Positions 9,763 to 18,673 of a stretch of 64,000 nucleotides of DNA are shown in pieces (the stretch's first letter is position 1; each line of letters starts with the position of its first letter). The DNA is taken from the NCBI GenBank assembly GCA_030603365.1, contig JAUVXV010000001.1, forward strand, positions 608,001 to 672,000. Direction: 5' to 3'. The notes under the pieces were generated by a model that did no database searches, was not told the DNA's origin, and saw only the letters and a program-made list of their open reading frames with translations. This DNA is from Candidatus Heimdallarchaeota archaeon. Its GTDB lineage: Archaea > Asgardarchaeota > Heimdallarchaeia > Heimdallarchaeales > Heimdallarchaeaceae. The translations under genes and the position numbers were made by a program.

Positions 9763-11628
9763 ATGAGTAAACCAGATAAAGCTTTGAATAAAGCAACTGT
9801 GTATATTCTTATAGGGTTGATTTTATTAAGTTCAATATTTGCAATTATGATGTTTGGTCCAGGTTCAGGACCTCAAAACGCTTTATTTTCAACAAGTTTA
9901 AAATATTATACAAAAGGAACCGAAGAATTATATTATGTTGATTACGCACAAGATATCATCCAAGATATTAGGGAAATTGGTGTCGATGTCACTGGTTATC
10001 CTACTGAATATTCAGTATTTCTTGATCAAGTCTTCAGCTCAAAGGAATATGATATGGCTATAATAGAATTTGGGGATCTAAATTCACCACATCTTGAGTT
10101 AATGTTTAAAGAAGGTGCAAGCTATAATATATTCAATTTTGAAAATGCACTTGATGGCAATACAACTCTAAATCTACTTAATAATATAACAATAGAAACT
10201 GATTTCAACGCAAGAAAAACCTTATTCTACCAACTACAAGAGCATTTAATGTTAAATATTGTTCCAATGGTGCCATTATTTACACCAGTGAGAACTTTTG
10301 CTTATTGGGATAATTTGGAGGGATTTTACAGTGAACAAGGATTATCTCACAGCCTTCCATACATGTCTTTCAATGGTTTACATGAAGACCAAGTTACAGT
10401 AGATGAACTCTATGTAGGAGCAGGAAGATGGTTTGATCTGCATCCATTAACGATGCTTGAAGATGCAGAAAAACTAATTGTGTCACTGATGATGGATAAA
10501 CTAGTAGAACAAGATAAGAAAGGAATGGCTACAAAATTAGGTCTAATTGATAACTGGGAATACCTAAATGATACAACTCTACTACTTCATTTACGAAATA
10601 ATGTGAATTGGCAAAACGATGTTGATAATCTTTTTACAACTGAAACTCTAACTACTGCCGATGTTTTATTCACTTTAGATTTGTACAAAAGCCTTTATTC
10701 TAATCTAAACTATGAGTTATACAACTGGATAGAATCTTACGAAGAATATAACAGTACAACCGTAGTAATATATATTGATTCAAATCAATTGACACCTGAA
10801 AGAGAACCATATGGCTTTGCACTTGAGGATTTAGCTATTTATCCATTTCCTGAATACTATCTTAATGTTGAACCAACAATAGAAGATGTAGTTAATTCAG
10901 ATAGATGGACAAAATTCAGAGTTAACCCATTTGGTACAGGTAAATACTGCTTTAATGCGTCAGAAAGTCAAGAAGATCTTGCTGCCATTCTTTACCGTTT
11001 TAATGATTGGCATGGAAATGGTATCCTTCCTGGAGAACCAACTAATTTAGCTTTTAATAGAATTGAAGTTCAGATGTATGAAAGTAGCTATGTTATGAAT
11101 CTTGCTCTTCAAGAAGGAAGAATTGACTGGGCTGATTTCAAGAAAAATCCTGTTATTGAGGATGCAATACCTGAAGAAAATTTCAAGGTAGAATTTAAGA
11201 TAGAAAATTCATTAATATTCCTAGCTTTCAACTTACAGAATTCGATTTTTGGTGGAGCTAATAACTTCGAGCCTACTAACGAAACAGGAGTTTCAAAAGC
11301 TCTAGCAATAAGAAAAGCAATTGCTACAATTATTCAAAAATCCTTAACGAATGAGAGATTACATAATGGGAGATACAACCTTACAGATTCCCCGCTTACA
11401 TACTTCTTCACTGATTACTATTATACTGGAGTGACAGATTATCCCTTTAGTATTGACCAAGCGGTGGAGTACTTGATACTTGCAGGCTATAACATTTCTG
11501 CAAGGGTTGAAGATGCAGAGGAGACCAGTTTCAGTCTTGTCAGTTCAATTGTAGGTTTGAGCTTTGTCTCACCAATCTTAGTACTTATAATCAAAAGAAA
11601 AAAGATTCACTTGAAGATTAATGACTAG
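9763..11628 (+). CDS. Family 5 (OppA/DppA-like) solute-binding protein, apparently circularly permuted, with C-terminal TM anchor
   Basis: LRNNVNW..TADVLFT, PFGTGKY, FLAFN, IRKAI motifs; the usual C-terminal block (IGVDV..YDMA..RKTLFYQLQ..VPMVPL) is at the N-terminus. Confidence 0.8.
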   Translation: MSKPDKALNKATVYILIGLILLSSIFAIMMFGPGSGPQNALFSTSLKYYTKGTEELYYVDYAQDIIQDIREIGVDVTGYPTEYSVFLDQVFSSKEYDMAIIEFGDLNSPHLELMFKEGASYNIFNFENALDGNTTLNLLNNITIETDFNARKTLFYQLQEHLMLNIVPMVPLFTPVRTFAYWDNLEGFYSEQGLSHSLPYMSFNGLHEDQVTVDELYVGAGRWFDLHPLTMLEDAEKLIVSLMMDKLVEQDKKGMATKLGLIDNWEYLNDTTLLLHLRNNVNWQNDVDNLFTTETLTTADVLFTLDLYKSLYSNLNYELYNWIESYEEYNSTTVVIYIDSNQLTPEREPYGFALEDLAIYPFPEYYLNVEPTIEDVVNSDRWTKFRVNPFGTGKYCFNASESQEDLAAILYRFNDWHGNGILPGEPTNLAFNRIEVQMYESSYVMNLALQEGRIDWADFKKNPVIEDAIPEENFKVEFKIENSLIFLAFNLQNSIFGGANNFEPTNETGVSKALAIRKAIATIIQKSLTNERLHNGRYNLTDSPLTYFFTDYYYTGVTDYPFSIDQAVEYLILAGYNISARVEDAEETSFSLVSSIVGLSFVSPILVLIIKRKKIHLKIND

Positions 11629-12340
11629 AATTAATGAAATAGGATTAGTGGACTTAAAGGGTAAACCACTAATTCAATCTTTTAGTGGAAGTGGAGCTAT
11701 AGGAACCATTCTATCAGCTTTCCTCATAAAAGCTTTCGAGATGGAACAAGTAGCAGTAATTCATGCAGATTCTGCCCCTCCAGTAGCAATGGTCAAGGGA
11801 GGATTAATAGAACATCCAATTAGGCTTTTCCAATCAGAAAAACTTTCATTGATGACTTGTGAAGTATCAATACCATATGCCATCCTTCCAGAATTTCTAG
11901 ATACTTTGATTCAATATTATATCGAGAAGGAAGTATCCTATATTGTACCAGTGGGAGGTTTGCCAGTTTTACCAGATAATTATGATAATGGTTATAGTTA
12001 TGGTGTAGTTAATAATTCGGACATGTTATCATTCCTAGAAGACAAAGGAATTCCACTATTAGAAGAAGGAGTTATCTATGGGTCAGTTGTAGAAGCTCTA
12101 GAATTATGTCATATTCATAATTTCAGTTCTTGTTTTGCACTTCTTGCTGAATGTGATCCAAGTTCCGCAAGCTATTATGCAACAAAGCAAATACTTCAAC
12201 AGCTGTCCAGTATCTTTGATATTGTCTTTGATGAAGATGAATTCAGTAAGGTAACTAATACAATTAAAGCTCGCATCGAAGAAAGTACTCGATACATAAG
12301 AGAAGATATAATGGATAAAACACGAGAGAGTCATCTCTAA
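11621..12340 (+). CDS. PAC2 / proteasome assembly chaperone family protein
   Basis: LIQSFSGSGAIGTI, PPVAMV..G....PIRLF, VPVGG, GVIYG, AECDP pattern. Confidence 0.75.
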   Translation: MTRINEIGLVDLKGKPLIQSFSGSGAIGTILSAFLIKAFEMEQVAVIHADSAPPVAMVKGGLIEHPIRLFQSEKLSLMTCEVSIPYAILPEFLDTLIQYYIEKEVSYIVPVGGLPVLPDNYDNGYSYGVVNNSDMLSFLEDKGIPLLEEGVIYGSVVEALELCHIHNFSSCFALLAECDPSSASYYATKQILQQLSSIFDIVFDEDEFSKVTNTIKARIEESTRYIREDIMDKTRESHL

Positions 12341-12427
12341 GTTCCGACAAAAATCTTTTTTCTTTTAAATTCTCATTTTCGATGAAAAGACGCTTTTTAT
12401 CGCATTTTAAGGCCTCCGTTACAGCAT

Positions 12428-12443
12428 GAAAAAAGTTTAAATA
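12428..12443 (+). promoter_or_regulatory. BRE + TATA box for the putative ncRNA
   Basis: GAAAAAAG-TTTAAATA (TATA at 12436-12443) about 23 nt before the structured region, with no downstream + strand CDS. An alternative AATATATA lies at 12458-12465. Confidence 0.55.
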
Positions 12444-12465
12444 GGTTGGTGGACAAAAATATATA

Positions 12466-12810
12466 GGTCAAGGGTTAGGCTAGATTAGGGCTTAATGGTA
12501 ATCTAAAAGGGAACTGCAAACTGAACAGGAAGCGAAATCCGATGTTTCAGCCCTCCCAAGGGTAATCTCGGGAACTATGGTTGAACCCCTTTTTAGATGG
12601 TTTGAACCCCCATTGGGCTTAGTTAAGACCTCCTAAGCCTGAAATCCCCCAGAACCAGACTCGTGTTTGGTTTAACAGACATCTTCTGTCTGCCAGAATT
12701 TCAGTGGCTTGTGGGCTACTGGAATGGAACCCCCAACCAAACCCTCGAAACATCGAGCTAGAATCTCCTTCCTGTTCAGGCAGAAATCCCTCAGGGGTTT
12801 TTCTTCTTTT
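12466..12810 (+). ncRNA. Putative novel structured non-coding RNA (~330 nt)
   Basis: GC visibly above background. Long closing helix: 12521-12532 CTGAACAGGAAG / 12768-12779 CTTCCTGTTCAG, 12540-12548 CGATGTTTC / 12747-12755 GAAACATCG, plus CTGC/GCAG and GGGA/TCCC. Internal hairpins at 12481-12505, 12554-12573, 12615-12640, 12653-12672, 12676-12692 and 12702-12721, with G-U pairs favouring the + strand. Ends in a T-tract. Confidence 0.7.
12755..12796 (+). repeat. 42-bp direct repeat, copy 1 (master, 3' end of the ncRNA)
   Basis: GAGCTAGAATCTCCTTCCTGTTCAGGCAGAAATCCCTCAGGG followed by a T-rich tail. Confidence 0.97.
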
Positions 12811-12928
12811 ATTTTTGTTTATACAAAAAAAAATGATATTTTTCTTCCTTTGAGAGAATTTGGTAAAATCTAACTTGTTTTTATAAAAAGAAAATGAGTT
12901 GGGACAATAAAACTCTTAACTAATTTCT

Positions 12929-14530
12929 TTATTTTTTGTATCTCGTCTTAACAAGCGTAACTGTCCCAAGAAAAGACAATAGAACAATAAACAGACCAAA
13001 ATAAGATTCTTCAGTTTGTTCAGTTGTTGGTTTACTAGTTGCTTGGCAATCATAGTTGTAGATAAATGGATAAGGATCAGTCATGTTATAATTTCCATCT
13101 ATGACGTATTCTCCTTCTCCTTCAAAATCTGTCCAGAAGTTGCCTTGATCAGAATCATAGTCATACCACCTGTTGTTGTAATTACGATCATAAGCTTGAG
13201 AATAACCGTATTCTGTACCAGCTAAATTATTGCAGATAAAATAATTACCATAGACTTTATTCCAATTAGATTCAAAATCAGTTATACATACTCCATATTC
13301 TCTGTTTTCTTGGAAAGTGTTAGCTATAATCTCATTATTACTCGAATCTTCAAGTTTTATTCCATATCTGTTCTCGTTACAAGTATTGTTAAATATGAAA
13401 AAAGAACTTGAAACATACAAATTAATGCCATTAGTATTGTTATTACAAGTGTTATTGATTATCTGATTGTCTTCTCTATCAGGACGATCATGACTAACGA
13501 CATACATCCCATTATTCAAGTTATCATTACACTCATTATCTTGTATTAAACATGAACCGCTACGGCTAAAACGCATCCCATTCTCAATGTTTCTATTACA
13601 ATTATTCTGTTCAATAATTGAGAAATAATTTTCACTTAACCACATTCCATATGTACCATCAGAGCAGTTATTATAACCAATGTATAGATTGTTGCTATTA
13701 GCAGTAGATATTCCTACATAATTAAGTCTGAGGTCATTTCTATACATAGAAACATTGTAAAGTCCGTAAAAATAGAAACCATCATCTGCAAACTGAACAG
13801 TGTTCTCAATGAGAATAGAGTCTGCAATTGCATACAAATTAATTCCATATCGAGAGTTTGTACATAAATTATCATAGAGAGTAAGCTGTTTAGAATATGC
13901 AAAATTCATCCCATCAATGAGATTATACAAACACATGTTTTCAGTAATAGTAAATCGATCTAGAGCCCCCCCCATTATCCCACATTTATTATCATAACAA
14001 AGATTGTTGCTGATTACACTGTCATTGGAAATAAACACACCTATTCCACCCTGATTATAAGCGCATGTATTTTCACTAATGTTTAAATTTGAACAGAAAT
14101 AAGTATAGATCCCCCACACCTCAGTATTAATACAATGATTATTATTAATATCTAATATTTGACCGGTATTATTAACAAGATAGATTCCAACGAATGTAGC
14201 AGTTATAACACAGTTCTGAATTGCAAAATTCTTAGTTGTATCTCTTATTATTATTCCTGCATCTGAGGTAGTATCAATTTCAAGATTTTGTATTAAGAAT
14301 GGATTTGTTTCAGAACCATTCCCTGGAAAGCCATAAGATAGAAAATCATCATCTGAATCTATTAGTATTGGAGAGCTTGCGATTTTAATTGAATAATCTC
14401 GTGTTTCTGATAATTCAAATAAGAGAAGATTCTTTCCCTCGAATAAATTTGTCTCATTACTCTTATGCTCTCCAGAAGTGCTGACTATCATAAATATGAT
14501 GAAAAACAAATAGATGGTTCTAGATCTCAT
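12929..14530 (-). CDS. Surface protein with right-handed parallel beta-helix (NosD/CASH-like) repeats and C-terminal TM anchor
   Basis: Signal peptide, PILIDSDDDF..YGFPGNGS..NPFLI cap, GI.L....N.I.NN.C repeats, GNFWTD..D.YP end, TEES-TM-basic tail. Confidence 0.85.
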   Translation of the reverse strand: MRSRTIYLFFIIFMIVSTSGEHKSNETNLFEGKNLLLFELSETRDYSIKIASSPILIDSDDDFLSYGFPGNGSETNPFLIQNLEIDTTSDAGIIIRDTTKNFAIQNCVITATFVGIYLVNNTGQILDINNNHCINTEVWGIYTYFCSNLNISENTCAYNQGGIGVFISNDSVISNNLCYDNKCGIMGGALDRFTITENMCLYNLIDGMNFAYSKQLTLYDNLCTNSRYGINLYAIADSILIENTVQFADDGFYFYGLYNVSMYRNDLRLNYVGISTANSNNLYIGYNNCSDGTYGMWLSENYFSIIEQNNCNRNIENGMRFSRSGSCLIQDNECNDNLNNGMYVVSHDRPDREDNQIINNTCNNNTNGINLYVSSSFFIFNNTCNENRYGIKLEDSSNNEIIANTFQENREYGVCITDFESNWNKVYGNYFICNNLAGTEYGYSQAYDRNYNNRWYDYDSDQGNFWTDFEGEGEYVIDGNYNMTDPYPFIYNYDCQATSKPTTEQTEESYFGLFIVLLSFLGTVTLVKTRYKK

Positions 14531-14549
14531 TTATTTTACCTTCTAATGA

Positions 14550-15347
14550 TTAATTTTTCTTCTTTCTAAATTTCTTGGTAAGACTAGTAATTGGTATAAC
14601 AAGTATAATAAAAATTGACATGTCTGACTGAATTATGGTTGTTGTAGGAGTTGTTGAGGGAGTTGTTGTAGATGTTGGTGTAGGAGTTGGAGTTGATACA
14701 TCATAAATTTCCGTTCTATTGGTAAATTCAAAATGATAAGTGATATTGGTGTTAGTAACATCGATAAACATTCTATATGTAACTACAGGAACAGGGACTG
14801 AGCTACAATTAGTGAAATCAAACCAAAGGGTGTATTCTCCTAAAGGGAGAGTCTTTTTTCCTTCAGGATAATTTAAAATTAACATTTCAAATGGAAAAGA
14901 TTTCTTATGTACTCCCGGAGTAATAATGAGAGATCCCGCAGGCCATTCATAAATAAAAACTAACTCAAGTTCGATACTTTTATTTTCAAGATTAGTTTCT
15001 AGATGAGGGAATGGAATTGGAGAACAACCATATGTACCAGTGATGTCATGTGAGGTGGGATTTTCATATTCAAGATACACATAGGTTCCAAATATTGTAA
15101 AATTGTATGAATCTTCTTCATGAAAACCTACTGAAGGAGGAAAATCGGCATCCATAATTCTCACAATTAGATATTCCTCTTCTGAAAGAACTGGAGGAAT
15201 TGCTGTACAAAATACCAAACCTAAGAGAAGTGGAATAATAATCCCCAATACCAATTTTTGATTCATTTTTATGTTTATTTTGGTTAGTAGATTTTTAGAA
15301 ATTTTCTTACTTAAAACCTCTTCAACCGTTTTCTTCTTGGGAATCAT
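14550..15347 (-). CDS. Secreted, membrane-anchored beta-rich protein (cassette family A); true start may be the internal MNQKLV
   Basis: Signal peptide after residue 28, YENP and TLPLGEYTLWF motifs shared with 15560/18674/19483, T/P linker, TM and KKFRKKK. Confidence 0.7.
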   Translation of the reverse strand: MIPKKKTVEEVLSKKISKNLLTKINIKMNQKLVLGIIIPLLLGLVFCTAIPPVLSEEEYLIVRIMDADFPPSVGFHEEDSYNFTIFGTYVYLEYENPTSHDITGTYGCSPIPFPHLETNLENKSIELELVFIYEWPAGSLIITPGVHKKSFPFEMLILNYPEGKKTLPLGEYTLWFDFTNCSSVPVPVVTYRMFIDVTNTNITYHFEFTNRTEIYDVSTPTPTPTSTTTPSTTPTTTIIQSDMSIFIILVIPITSLTKKFRKKKN

Positions 15348-15462
15348 TCTACAAACCTAAATTCTGTGTTATAGACAAACTGTTTGTTGTAATTCAACTT
15401 ACCCACATTATTTATATAAAGTACGATAAGAGTATTTCAATACAATTCATTAGATAAATTTC

Positions 15463-15504
15463 GAGCTAGAATCTCCTTCCTGTTCAGGCAGAAATCCCTC
15501 AGGG
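15463..15504 (+). repeat. 42-bp direct repeat, copy 2
   Basis: Identical to the master over 42 bp, then ATTTTTTCTTCTTTT. Confidence 0.97.
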
Positions 15505-15559
15505 ATTTTTTCTTCTTTTCTAAGAAACTAATATAAATGAAAAATACTTTGTATATTAG

Positions 15560-16228
15560 ATGAAAAGACTGTTCGCAAAAATTCTTTCTTCTTGGTTAGT
15601 TATCTCAGTTTTTGTTGCTTCTGTTCCAGCTTGCTCTCAAGCAGTCGATTCTGGTTATACTATCTATACACGTATAACGAATATTGATCTTCCTCCGAGT
15701 TTAATCTTCTATGGAAGCTATCCTAATCATACTTTCTTTGAGTTTTGGTATACTGCAGAAATAATCAATCCATCAGAGAAAAATCTATACATAATGACGC
15801 CTACAACTTGTCTAACTTTCATCAATGAAAATTTATCTTTCGAGAATGAATCTTACGATGGTTTTGTGTGGGGTGATCCTAAGCTATGTGGTCAATCTAT
15901 TACTAATCACACAATTGAACCTGGGATTTTGGAAGGACAACTGACATTTGAACTCTCTGTGAATGATACATTAAAGACTCTCCCCAATGGGAATTTCACC
16001 GTCTGGATTCAGTTTCATGATTATTTAGAGGAACACGAGTATATTTATTTCAAATCAACTATTGCAGTTAATGACTCGAATATCACAATAACACATGAAG
16101 GTGCAGATGTCATATTTACCTTTCCTTCAGTGTCTGCCCTCCCCAAAGAAATATCTATTTTTCTGACATTTTTAGTTATAGGACTTCCAATAATTTTTCT
16201 TGTAAGAAAACGATCACAAATGGTCTAG
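15560..16228 (+). CDS. Secreted, membrane-anchored protein (cassette family A)
   Basis: Signal peptide, YTRIT.I.LPP..PNHT.FEF.YT.EIINP, TLPNGNF.VWI, C-terminal TM and RKR; TATAAAT 22 nt upstream. Confidence 0.75.
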   Translation: MKRLFAKILSSWLVISVFVASVPACSQAVDSGYTIYTRITNIDLPPSLIFYGSYPNHTFFEFWYTAEIINPSEKNLYIMTPTTCLTFINENLSFENESYDGFVWGDPKLCGQSITNHTIEPGILEGQLTFELSVNDTLKTLPNGNFTVWIQFHDYLEEHEYIYFKSTIAVNDSNITITHEGADVIFTFPSVSALPKEISIFLTFLVIGLPIIFLVRKRSQMV

Positions 16229-16256
16229 TTCTTTAGTCTAATTGAATTGAGACATC

Positions 16257-16298
16257 GAGCTAGAATCTCCTTCCTGTTTAGGCAGAAATCCTTCAGGG
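16257..16298 (+). repeat. 42-bp direct repeat, copy 3
   Basis: 2 mismatches to the master; match extends 5' through ACATC. Confidence 0.95.
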
Positions 16299-16363
16299 TT
16301 TGTTCTTCCTTTCCTTATGCTTTCAAACAATATTACAGAAAGCTTTTATTTCTTCAAAAATAG

Positions 16364-16975
16364 TTGACCTTGATATCTATGAGCAAAGATAGTATTTCTC
16401 TAAATATGCTTACCTTAGCTAGTGATCCATTAAGAATATCAATCTGGTTTGAAATCCAAAGAAAAGCTGGAATTACTGCAAAAGAAATAATTCAAAAACT
16501 TAAACTTGAAGGTACTAATATCTACTATCATCTTAATAAACTTGAAAGAAGTAGATTGATTGTATCAGAATCTAAACCCGTTCCAAAATCAAATTTGTTA
16601 GAGAAATATTATAGCATAAATGTGGCTTTTTTTGCACCCGAGGAATGGAAAGCAAGATTTGACATAGGTAAATCAACAAAACATTTGAAGGATATGATTC
16701 TATACAATTTGTATTTCAACATGTTTTTGATTAACAAACAGATTATTGACGTTCAAGAACAAACTAATGAACAGATTCAGAAGAATATTGAACAATATGG
16801 TAAATTTGTCTCTAAATTTATTTTTCTGCAAAAGGATGACTTACCAAAAGTGAGCGCGAAAATAGATGAGTTCTTTGAATTTTTAAACCAAATCAAAAGA
16901 GACGCTGATAGGGATCCAATAACCGATATCAGTGATGCAACAGATACAATTCTTATCAACCTCCTCCCACTCTAA
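16364..16975 (+). CDS. ArsR-like winged-helix transcriptional regulator
   Basis: DPLRISI...TAKEI...L.L...NIYYHL.KLE...LI...EKYY. Confidence 0.8.
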   Translation: MTLISMSKDSISLNMLTLASDPLRISIWFEIQRKAGITAKEIIQKLKLEGTNIYYHLNKLERSRLIVSESKPVPKSNLLEKYYSINVAFFAPEEWKARFDIGKSTKHLKDMILYNLYFNMFLINKQIIDVQEQTNEQIQKNIEQYGKFVSKFIFLQKDDLPKVSAKIDEFFEFLNQIKRDADRDPITDISDATDTILINLLPL

Positions 16976-17060
16976 TCTCTATTTAAGAAAATACATTCCA
17001 ATATATTTGAGCGCTACAACAAATTTAAATAAGCTTAATTGTTCTTAAATATGTGTTTGT

Positions 17061-17840
17061 GTGGTTTTAAGGATGAATAATTCCAAGAATGATCACAAGA
17101 AGTATCACCAAAGTCTGATGAGGAAACAAAAGAAGTTATACCCAAATCCAGGTGAAGTTCTTTTTGAATCAGAAACCAAAGCCAGAATAGGTAAGAAACC
17201 TTTCCGAAAAACACTCAAAATTTCTTCCAAAAATAAGATACTTTTACAGGTATGTTCTTCTATTTTATTTTTCACTCTTTTTTATGTTTATGTCACCACT
17301 CACCACTCATCCAATGCATTATTATTTTTGATTGCTTTCACCCTGCTCTATGTTTTTACTTCTACAATTCTATTCGGTTCTTTAATCAAATTTCTATCTG
17401 GTGAGCATTACTCTTTTGGAGTAATTTTTTCTGAATTCTTCTTTGTTATAGGTATTATGATTGGAACATTTAGTGCCTTGTACCTACCCATATTGCTCAT
17501 TCTTTTTGCATCTGAAAAAAGTGGTGAGTGGTTAAGATATGCTCTAACTACAGCTCTCGTAGTTGCACCCCTCTCGTATATATTTAGCGTCAGTTATGAA
17601 TTTCTTAGAAAAGAAGGATACAAAATAAGAGAAATTTTCCTGTATTTTCGAATTAAGAAGCTCAGAAGAGAGGAACTAAAGAAAGAAACACAAAAGGTAG
17701 ATATTTTTTATGAAAAGATAGGCAATATATCAGAGAACTATAAAGAAAGAATCAGTAGAACATTAACAAGAGAAGACATCATTGAGCAAAACAAAGACAC
17801 TCGAACTACTAATTCTATAAAAGAAACAAATATACAATAG
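17061..17840 (+). CDS. Membrane protein (about 4 TM), distant paralog of the next gene
   Basis: Shares ALL..., YLP..I.F.SE...EW and ..T..D.FY.. spacing with 17842 and 29661. Confidence 0.6.
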   Translation: MVLRMNNSKNDHKKYHQSLMRKQKKLYPNPGEVLFESETKARIGKKPFRKTLKISSKNKILLQVCSSILFFTLFYVYVTTHHSSNALLFLIAFTLLYVFTSTILFGSLIKFLSGEHYSFGVIFSEFFFVIGIMIGTFSALYLPILLILFASEKSGEWLRYALTTALVVAPLSYIFSVSYEFLRKEGYKIREIFLYFRIKKLRREELKKETQKVDIFYEKIGNISENYKERISRTLTREDIIEQNKDTRTTNSIKETNIQ

Positions 17841-17841
17841 G

Positions 17842-18591
17842 TTGAAATTAATGCAAGAATCAGTACTTAGCAAGACTAAAAGATTTTTCAGGAAAAATGA
17901 TATCTTCTTCAAAGTCTCTCTTTTTTTATTTCTAGCCGCGGGTACAGCATATGCATTTATTTTTGGAAACGCTCTACTTAAAATTGTAGCATCTCTATCT
18001 CTCGGAACTATGATTGCTTCATTTATCTCAAATTATGTTTTCAATTATCTTTATGGAGACGCATTCAAGCTTACACATGCAATAAATGAGATACTTTACT
18101 TGTTCCTAGGAATTCCAATAATGATCATAGCAATAGGTTACTTGCCGCTCAGTGTTTATATTCTCTTTTTTTCAACTGAAAATAATGAATGGATTGTCCC
18201 AATCTTAATTGGTATAATGGTAACAATGCAAATATCCTCTTTCATTTACATAATAAAAAGAAGGAGTAAAGAGAAAAGGAAAAATATCTTCCAGTTTATC
18301 AAATATATGTTCGACTTTAAAACAAGAGCAGAAGAGCAAAGAAAATTGCAAAAACAAACAGATCAAATAGACCGTTTCTACACAGACATGGAGAAAGTAA
18401 GGGATAGAGTAGATACCACAATGGAACGCAGTACCATAGATTTTGATGAGTTTGATTGGAAGAAAGTAAGAGGGATTAATCGAGAAGATAAAACAGAGGT
18501 AATCTGCTGGAATTGTAAAGAGACTAATAATACTAGTAATCTTGTATGTTCGAGCTGTGGAGTGGCTCTAAAGGAAAAATTATCGAGCTAG
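17842..18591 (+). CDS. Membrane protein (about 4 TM) with C-terminal zinc ribbon
   Basis: TM segments, CWNC..CSSC; close paralog of 29661-30437. Confidence 0.75.
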   Translation: MKLMQESVLSKTKRFFRKNDIFFKVSLFLFLAAGTAYAFIFGNALLKIVASLSLGTMIASFISNYVFNYLYGDAFKLTHAINEILYLFLGIPIMIIAIGYLPLSVYILFFSTENNEWIVPILIGIMVTMQISSFIYIIKRRSKEKRKNIFQFIKYMFDFKTRAEEQRKLQKQTDQIDRFYTDMEKVRDRVDTTMERSTIDFDEFDWKKVRGINREDKTEVICWNCKETNNTSNLVCSSCGVALKEKLSS

Positions 18592-18626
18592 AATCTCCTT
18601 CCTGTTCAGGCAGAAATCCCTCAGGG
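18585..18626 (+). repeat. 42-bp direct repeat, copy 4
   Basis: Identical to the master; supplies the TAG stop of ORF 17842-18591. Confidence 0.97.
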
Positions 18627-18673
18627 GTTTTACTTCTTTCTTTGGAATTAATAAACTATTTAAGGTCAGAATA

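Noticed and set aside
12470-12492. Telomere-like AGGGTTAGG/TTAGGG words and AAACCCT (12739) suggesting a telomerase-like template
   Set aside because: Too short to exceed chance; no reverse transcriptase and no telomeric repeats in the window.
12466-12810. tRNA, SRP RNA, RNase P RNA or tmRNA
   Set aside because: No cloverleaf or T-loop GTTCRA in the right context, and no SRP helix-8 or RNase P conserved motifs on either strand by eye. A highly divergent member cannot be excluded without Infernal.
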